Shown here piece after piece: positions 30,904 through 36,328 of a stretch of 36,328 bases of DNA. Source of the DNA: an uncultured Actinomycetes bacterium (lineage in GTDB: Bacteria; Actinomycetota; UBA4738; HRBIN12); the NCBI GenBank assembly GCA_964449755.1, contig CAYVCH010000002.1, positions 1-36,328 of the forward strand. Direction: 5' to 3'. Position numbers and translations under genes: made by a program. The number at the start of each line of letters is the position of its first letter. Position 1 is the first letter of the stretch. The notes below the pieces were generated by a model that was not told where the DNA came from, searched no databases, and saw nothing but the letters and a program-made list of their open reading frames with translations.

Positions 30904-32321
30904 CCGTCCGGACCCGCTTCGCCCCCGCCCCTTCCGGCTTCCTCCACGTCGGGGGGGCCAGGACGGCCCTGTTCAGCTGGCTCTTCGCCCGGCACCACGG
31001 GGGGGCCTTCGTCCTGCGCATCGAGGACACCGACCGAACCAGGGTCACCGACGAGTACGTGGGGGTCCTCATGGGCTCCCTCCGGTGGCTGGGCATCGAC
31101 TGGGACGAGGGCCCCGACGTGGGAGGCCCCCATGGCCCCTACCGGCAGACGGAGCGCCTGGACCGGTACCGGGACGTGACCGAGGAGCTGCTGGCCGCGG
31201 GGCGGGCGTACCGCTGCTACTGCACCCCCGAGGAGCTGGAGGAACGGCGGCGGGACGCCCTGGCCCGGGGGGAGGCCCCCGGCTACGACGGACGGTGCCG
31301 GGACCTCTCCCCGGAACGGCGGCGGGCCCTGGAGGCGGAGGGCCGTCCGGTGGCCGTCCGCTTCGCCATGCCCGGCCGTGGCGTCACCGTCCAGGACCTC
31401 GTCCGGGGGGAGGCCCACTTCCCCGCCTCGGACCTCCGGGACTTCGTGATCCTCCGCTCCGACGGCACCCCCACGTACCTTTTGGCCGCCGCCGTGGACG
31501 ACCTGGCGATGGGGATGACCCACGTCATCCGGGGGGAGGACCTGCTGCCCTCCACCCCGAGGCAGCTCGCCATCTTCGAGGCCCTGGGCGCCGAGCCGCC
31601 CCGCTACGCCCACCTGCCCCTCATCGTCGGCCCCGACCGCCAGCCCCTGTCGAAGCGCCATGGCGCGGTGGCGGTGGAGTGGTTCCGGGAGCAGGGGTTC
31701 CTCCCCGAGGCCATGGTGAACTACCTGGCCCTGTTGGGGTGGTCCTACGACGAGCAGACGACCTTCTTCGACCGGGACGAGCTCGTCCGCCGCTTCGATC
31801 TCGCTCGGGTGTCCCGCAACCCCGCCGCCTTCGACCTGCAGAAGCTGGAGTGGATGAACGGCCACTACATCCGGTCCCTGCCTCCCGAGGCCCTGGCCGG
31901 CCGGATCGCCCAGGTCCTGGCTGCCGCGGGGCTCCGGGCCGACCTCGAGACCGTGCGACGGGCGGTGCCCCTGGTGGCCGAGCGGATGCGACGCCTCACC
32001 GACGCCGTGGGCCTCCTGCGGTTCCTCTTCGAGGACGTGGCCCCCGACGAGAAGGCCGCGGCCACCATCGCCCGGGCCGGCGGGGACCACCTGCGGCTCG
32101 CCGCGGCCAAGCTGGCGGCGGTGGGGGAGTGGACGGCCGAGGGGGTGGCGCGGGCCCTGGACGCCCTGGCCGGGGAGGCCGGCCTGTCCCGGACCAGGGC
32201 CTGGCAGCCTGTCCGGGCCGCCGTCACCGGGCGCCTGGTCTCGCCGCCCCTCCCCGAGTCCCTGGAGCTGCTCGGCCGGGAGCGGACCCTGGCCCGGCTC
32301 CTGGCGGCGGGCTCGGCCTGA
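30900..32321 (+). CDS. gltX: Glutamyl-tRNA synthetase.
   Basis: GTG at 30900 (GTGA overlap). The 473-aa product has RFAPAPSGFLHVGGARTALF (HIGH region), VLRIEDTD and PLSKRHG (KMSKS-like). Confidence 0.93.
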   Translation: MTVRTRFAPAPSGFLHVGGARTALFSWLFARHHGGAFVLRIEDTDRTRVTDEYVGVLMGSLRWLGIDWDEGPDVGGPHGPYRQTERLDRYRDVTEELLAAGRAYRCYCTPEELEERRRDALARGEAPGYDGRCRDLSPERRRALEAEGRPVAVRFAMPGRGVTVQDLVRGEAHFPASDLRDFVILRSDGTPTYLLAAAVDDLAMGMTHVIRGEDLLPSTPRQLAIFEALGAEPPRYAHLPLIVGPDRQPLSKRHGAVAVEWFREQGFLPEAMVNYLALLGWSYDEQTTFFDRDELVRRFDLARVSRNPAAFDLQKLEWMNGHYIRSLPPEALAGRIAQVLAAAGLRADLETVRRAVPLVAERMRRLTDAVGLLRFLFEDVAPDEKAAATIARAGGDHLRLAAAKLAAVGEWTAEGVARALDALAGEAGLSRTRAWQPVRAAVTGRLVSPPLPESLELLGRERTLARLLAAGSA

Positions 32322-33486
32322 GGTCCTCGAAGGGCCCGGCCCTCCCCTTCCACGCCCCGCCCGCGCCGCGGTGGTGACGCCGGGCCGAGTCCACCGTCAT
32401 GGCGGCGAAGAGCAGGGCCACCGCCGGGAGCGCGAGGGCCCGGGCGGGCGAGAGCCCGTACAGGCGCAGGGTGGGGACGTAGCTCCCCGCCATCAGGGCC
32501 CAGGCCGCGAGGCCGGCACCGGCGGCCAGTGGGGCCGGGCCTCCGGACCCCAGGCCCGCCAGGCCCGCCAGCCCCACCGCCGGGGGCCCGGCGTAGACCA
32601 GGAGCAGCCCCGCCACGGTGGCCACGAGGAGGGGCGGCGAGTGGCGGAGCTCGGTGTAGGCGGTCCGGGCCACCATGGCCCAGAGGTCCGCGAGACGCGG
32701 GTGGGGCCGGACGCTCGCCACGCCCTGGCCGTGGCCGAGCCAGATCCCCCGGGCTCCGGGACGTCGCTTCAGGAGACGGGCCAGGGCCAGGTCGTCGATG
32801 AGGGCGCCCCGGATGGCCGGGAGCCCCCCGGCCGCCTCCAGGGCGTCACGGCGGACGAGCATGCAGCCGCCCGCGGCGGCGGCCGTGCGGGTGCCCGGCC
32901 GGTTCACCCGCCGGAAGGGGTAGAGCTGGGCGAAGAAGTACACGAAGGCGGGGACCACCGCCCGTTCCCAGAAGGTCTCCGCCCGGAGCCTGGCCATCTG
33001 GGAGACCAGGTCCAGCTCCCGGGCCTCGGCCAGCCGGACCAGGTGCGCCAGGGACTCCGGTGGGTGGACGATGTCGGCGTCGGTGAACAGCAGGTAGTCG
33101 GGGGCTCCCGCCTCCGCCATCCCCCGGGCCATGGCCCAGACCTTGCCGGCCCAGCCGGGGGGCGGGTCGACGCCCCGGACCACCCGCAGGCCGCCCCCCG
33201 GTCCCGCCAGGGACGACGCGACCCGGGCGGTGCCGTCGGAGCTCGCGTCGTCCACCAGGACGACCCCGAAGCTCCCGGGGTAGGCCTGGCCGAGCAGGGA
33301 GGGGAGGGTCCGGGGGAGCAGGTCGGCCTCGTCCCGGGCGGGGACCACGGCCACCACGGCGGGCCAGGCCGGCGGGTCCGGGGCGGGGGGCAGCCGCTGG
33401 TCGGTGCGCCAGAAGCTCCCGTGGCCGGCCAGGAGGTAGGCCCAGGCCAGGAGCACCGCGAGCCCGATCCCCGCCAGGAGGTCCAC
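32224..33486 (-). CDS. Membrane-bound family-2 glycosyltransferase (resembles hopanoid-associated HpnB-type GT2).
   Basis: 420 aa with an N-terminal TM helix. The GT-A core is VAVVPARDEADLL, VLVDDASSDGT, FTDADIVH. Four or more C-terminal TM helices end in ...RRHHRGAGGAWKGR. The last ~33 codons overlap the 3' end of gltX. Confidence 0.8.
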   Translation of the reverse strand: MDLLAGIGLAVLLAWAYLLAGHGSFWRTDQRLPPAPDPPAWPAVVAVVPARDEADLLPRTLPSLLGQAYPGSFGVVLVDDASSDGTARVASSLAGPGGGLRVVRGVDPPPGWAGKVWAMARGMAEAGAPDYLLFTDADIVHPPESLAHLVRLAEARELDLVSQMARLRAETFWERAVVPAFVYFFAQLYPFRRVNRPGTRTAAAAGGCMLVRRDALEAAGGLPAIRGALIDDLALARLLKRRPGARGIWLGHGQGVASVRPHPRLADLWAMVARTAYTELRHSPPLLVATVAGLLLVYAGPPAVGLAGLAGLGSGGPAPLAAGAGLAAWALMAGSYVPTLRLYGLSPARALALPAVALLFAAMTVDSARRHHRGAGGAWKGRAGPFEDLRPSPPPGAGPGSAPGRAAPGTRGGAARPGAR

Positions 33487-33510
33487 CGGCGACCGCTCGC
33501 CCCGCCCCGG

Positions 33511-34530
33511 CTACGGGCCGGAGGCCTGGAGCACGGCCAGGGCGCCCCGGAGCGCCAGGGCGGAGTCCTCGGGGCAGACGGTGTTGATGCTCATGGCCGA
33601 GCCCAGCTCGAACCCGGCCGGCGTGGCCAGGCGGGGCAGGATCCTGATGTGCCAGTGGAAGACCTCCTCGACGTGGCCGTTGGCCGGCCCCGAGGAGACC
33701 ACGAGGTTGAAGTCGGGGTCGCCGCAGGCGCGGCGGAGGGCCGCCAGGACCCGGGTGAGCAGGGATGCCAGGTCCGGCAGGTCCTCGTCGCTCAGCTCCT
33801 CGAAGGAGGCGGCGTGGAAGGTGGGGGCGACCCAGGTCTCGAAGGGGGTGGCCGAGGCGAAGGGCTCGAAGGCCGCGAACCCTCCGGCCTCGTCCACCAT
33901 GCGGGTCCCCACTTCCCGCTCGGCGGCGATGAGGTCGTCGTAGACGCAGTGGCCGTGCTCGTCGAAGTAGCGGGTGGCCACCTCCATCCGCCACAGGAGC
34001 CGGGGGAGGAAGACCGGGGTTGCGACCACCTGGGAGTGGGGGTGCTCCAGGGAGGTTCCGGCCATGGGCCCGAAGTTCTTGAACAGCATGACCGCCCGGG
34101 TGTGCGGCAAGGCCCGGAGCTCCCGGTACCGCTGGCGCCAGGTCGAGACGACCCGCACCGCCTCGTCCGCGGACATCGTGTCCAGCCGGGCGTCGTGGCG
34201 GGGGGACTCGATGATCACCTCGTGCGCGCCGACCCCCGCCATCTCCCGGAACAGGGGCGTGCCCCGGCGCTCGGTGCTGCCCTGGCCGTCCAGGGCCGCG
34301 TACTTGTTGGGCACGACCCGCACCTGCCACGGCCCCCCGGGGGGCTCGCGCAGGATCTCGGGCGGGGTCCGGTCCTCGTTGCCGGGGCAGAAGGGGCAGG
34401 CGGGGTCGTGGGCGGGGACCGGTGGCCGGGGGGCCGGGTCCTGGGCGTGCGGCCGGTCGCCCCGGACCGGGGCCACGATCACCCACTGGCGGGTCGTCGG
34501 GTCCTGACGCAGTGTGGACATGGGCCCCAT
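33511..34530 (-). CDS. galT: Galactose-1-phosphate uridylyltransferase family (HIT superfamily) nucleotidyltransferase.
   Basis: Has the zinc motif CPFCPGNE and the active-site HPHSQV (HxHxQ). The likely start is the ATG at 34530 or 34521 (MGPMSTLRQDPTTRQWVIVAP). The track start at 34593 adds an implausible leader. Confidence 0.8.
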   Translation of the reverse strand: MGPMSTLRQDPTTRQWVIVAPVRGDRPHAQDPAPRPPVPAHDPACPFCPGNEDRTPPEILREPPGGPWQVRVVPNKYAALDGQGSTERRGTPLFREMAGVGAHEVIIESPRHDARLDTMSADEAVRVVSTWRQRYRELRALPHTRAVMLFKNFGPMAGTSLEHPHSQVVATPVFLPRLLWRMEVATRYFDEHGHCVYDDLIAAEREVGTRMVDEAGGFAAFEPFASATPFETWVAPTFHAASFEELSDEDLPDLASLLTRVLAALRRACGDPDFNLVVSSGPANGHVEEVFHWHIRILPRLATPAGFELGSAMSINTVCPEDSALALRGALAVLQASGP

Positions 34531-34629
34531 GAGGGTATCGGCGGCCGGGGCCCGATGTGTGAGATTCGTGGCTCGATGCCGAGGCCGCGCCACCTAGACT
34601 GAGGACGGCACTGTCGCCGGGAGACGGGG

Positions 34630-35931
34630 ATGGCAAGGGCCGGGCGTGCGGTGGTGGTGGGGGGCCTCGCCCTCCTGGTCCTCATGGGCGGGGTCCTGCC
34701 CGGCCCGGCCCGGGCCCAGGGCCAGGCGGCCACCGTGCTCGTCACCCGGGTCGAGGGGATCATCACGCCCGTCCTCGCCGAGCACCTGGAGGAGGCCCTT
34801 GCCCGGGCGGTGCGCGACGGGGCCCTGGCCCTCCTCGTCGAGCTGGACACCCCGGGCGGCCTGGACGCCTCGATGCGCCGGATCGTCCAGGCCTTCCTGG
34901 GGGCCGAGGTGCCGGTCATCGTGTACGTGGCGCCCCCGGGGGCCCGGGCCGCCTCCGCCGGGGCCATCGTCACGATGGCCGCCCACGTGGCGGCCATGGC
35001 GCCGGGGACGGCCATCGGCGCCGCCACCCCCGTCGATCTCCAGGGGGGCGACGTCTCGGAGAAGGTCGTGAACGACGCCGCGGCCTACGCCGTCTCGGTG
35101 GCCGAGGAACGGGGACGCAACGCGGCCTTCGCGGAGGAGGCGGTGCGGGAGGGCCGCTCGGTTCCGGCCCGGGAGGCCGTCGCCCTGGGGGTGGTCGACC
35201 TCCTCGCCGGGAGCCGGGCGGAGCTCCTCCGCCAGATCGACGGGACGCGGGTGCGCCTCGGGTCGGGCAGGGAGACGGTCCTCCGGACCCGCGGGGCGGC
35301 GGTCGTCGAGTACGGCCTGAGCTTCCCCCGCCGGGTGCTGCAGTGGCTCGCCGACCCCAACCTGGCCTTCCTGTTCATCTCCCTCGGGACCCTGGCCATC
35401 CTCTACGAGCTGGCGAACCCGGGCATCGGCGGGGCCGGCATCGTGGGGGCCATCCTGCTCGTCCTGGCCTTCGCCTCGCTCTCGGTCCTGCCGGTGAACG
35501 TGGCCGGGGTCCTGCTGTTGCTGCTGGCAGCGGCGCTGTTCGTGGGGGAGCTGTTCGTCCCCGGGACCGGCGTGCTGGCCGCCGGGGGGGCCGTGTCCCT
35601 CGTGCTCGGCGGGCTCCTGTTGTTCCGCGGCGCCGTCGGGGTGGACCCGGCCGTGCTCCTGCCCTCAGCCGGACTGGCGGGGCTGGGCGCGGTGGCCATC
35701 GGCCGGGCCGCCTGGCGGACCCGGCGCCTGCCGGCGGCGGCCGGCGCCGAGGCCCTGGTGGGCCGCCGTGCCGAGGTGCGCTCGGCCGACGGGGGTGCGG
35801 GCCAGGTCTACCTGGAGGGTGAGTGGTGGAGCGCGCGGTCCCGGGGCGCGCCCCTCCAGGTCGGGAAGCAAGTGCGAGTGGTGGGCGTGGAGGGGCTGAA
35901 GCTGATCGTGGAGCCCGAGGAGGAGGCGTAG
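34630..35931 (+). CDS. nfeD: NfeD-family membrane-bound serine protease (ClpP-class), long form.
   Basis: 433 aa. Signal/TM, then a ClpP-like domain (LVELDTPGGLDASMRRIV, ARAASAGAIVTMAAH), a multi-TM block and a C-terminal OB-like domain (GQVYLEGEWWSARS). Confidence 0.85.
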   Translation: MARAGRAVVVGGLALLVLMGGVLPGPARAQGQAATVLVTRVEGIITPVLAEHLEEALARAVRDGALALLVELDTPGGLDASMRRIVQAFLGAEVPVIVYVAPPGARAASAGAIVTMAAHVAAMAPGTAIGAATPVDLQGGDVSEKVVNDAAAYAVSVAEERGRNAAFAEEAVREGRSVPAREAVALGVVDLLAGSRAELLRQIDGTRVRLGSGRETVLRTRGAAVVEYGLSFPRRVLQWLADPNLAFLFISLGTLAILYELANPGIGGAGIVGAILLVLAFASLSVLPVNVAGVLLLLLAAALFVGELFVPGTGVLAAGGAVSLVLGGLLLFRGAVGVDPAVLLPSAGLAGLGAVAIGRAAWRTRRLPAAAGAEALVGRRAEVRSADGGAGQVYLEGEWWSARSRGAPLQVGKQVRVVGVEGLKLIVEPEEEA

Positions 35932-35982
35932 GGAGCCGGGCTCCACGCGCGACCCATCGCGCACGGCGGGTCCCCCGAGCCG

Positions 35983-36055
35983 TAGCCCCAACGGGATTTG
36001 AACCCGTGTCTCCACCTTGAGAGGGTGGTGTCCTGGGCCGCTAGACGATGGGGCC
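35983..36055 (-). tRNA. tRNA-Glu (anticodon CUC).
   Basis: The reverse complement GGCCCCATCGTCTAGCGGCCCAGGACACCACCCTCTCAAGGTGGAGACACGGGTTCAAATCCCGTTGGGGCTA folds as a cloverleaf. It has a 7-bp acceptor stem, a 3-bp D stem as in E. coli tRNA-Glu, anticodon stem CCACC/GGTGG with loop CTCTCAA, and T arm ACGGG-TTCAAAT-CCCGT. CCA is not encoded. Confidence 0.9.
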
Positions 36056-36100
36056 CCGGCGCCCGGCCTTCCGGCCGGGGCCAGGCGTAGTGTACAAGCC

Positions 36101-36328
36101 GTGAGCGGCATCCGGGTCGGGACGTCCGCCGGGGTCGTTGACCTCCCCGCGCGCCCGGGGCGGGCCCTGGCCGGACGCGACGTCACCGCCCTGGCCGGCG
36201 GGGGCGAGGCGGGATGGGCCCTGGCCGACGGACGGGAGCTGTGGCGCTGGCAGGACGGCGACTGGGAGCGGGTGGCCGTGGTCGAGGGCCCGCCCGGCAC
36301 CTGCCTCCTTGCCGTCGGCCAGGACCTG
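36101..36328 (+). CDS. Hypothetical protein, N-terminal fragment that runs off the window.
   Basis: Open frame from the GTG at 36101 (VSGIRVGTSAGVVDLPARPG...ELWRWQDGDWERVAVVEGPPGTCLLAVGQDL) with high GC3. It has a beta-propeller-like feel, but no domain can be assigned from 76 residues. Confidence 0.3.
   Translation, partial: MSGIRVGTSAGVVDLPARPGRALAGRDVTALAGGGEAGWALADGRELWRWQDGDWERVAVVEGPPGTCLLAVGQDL

Noticed and set aside
36062-36079. GC hairpin CCCGGCC-TTCC-GGCCGGG between the tRNA and the last ORF, considered as a terminator.
   Set aside because: No U-tract follows on either strand. It lies upstream, not downstream, of both flanking genes. Short GC palindromes are expected by chance at this GC content.

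Overview
This is a densely coding, very GC-rich window (about 70% by eye). I support about 36 protein genes and one tRNA. Gene order (serA, ilvE, FAH-family gene, gltX, tRNA-Glu) and frequent GTG, overlapping or leaderless-looking starts suggest an Actinomycetota-like chromosome.

Contents from left to right:
- A partial acyl-CoA synthetase, divergent from an operon of two thiolase-fold proteins and two DUF35 modules. Both thiolase-fold proteins lack the nucleophilic Cys.
- A compact respiratory module: ctaG-like gene, small TM ORF, ba3-like subunits II and I, an Rrf2 regulator, heme O synthase and a lipoprotein cupredoxin. The catalytic subunit has Gln where the cross-linked Tyr should be.
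- Acyl-CoA dehydrogenase, Rieske ferredoxin and ferredoxin reductase.
- Class-V aminotransferase, serA, a radical SAM/SPASM protein, ilvE and a second cupredoxin.
- A homoprotocatechuate-type aromatic cluster: hpaE, hpaD, PLP decarboxylase and MarR, then P450, AhpD-like and GS-like genes, then FAH and ADC family genes. A lower-GC type II restriction-modification pair splits this cluster.
- gltX, a membrane GT2, a GalT-like gene, nfeD and tRNA-Glu(CUC).

No CRISPR array, transposase, integrase or rRNA is visible. Most of the long R/P/G-rich ORFs in the track are shadow frames of real genes.

The most interesting items are the Tyr-less heme-copper enzyme with its embedded Fe-S-type regulator, and the Cys-less thiolase/DUF35 complex. 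Next come a shared palindromic operator tying the MarR gene to the aromatic genes, and the R-M insertion.
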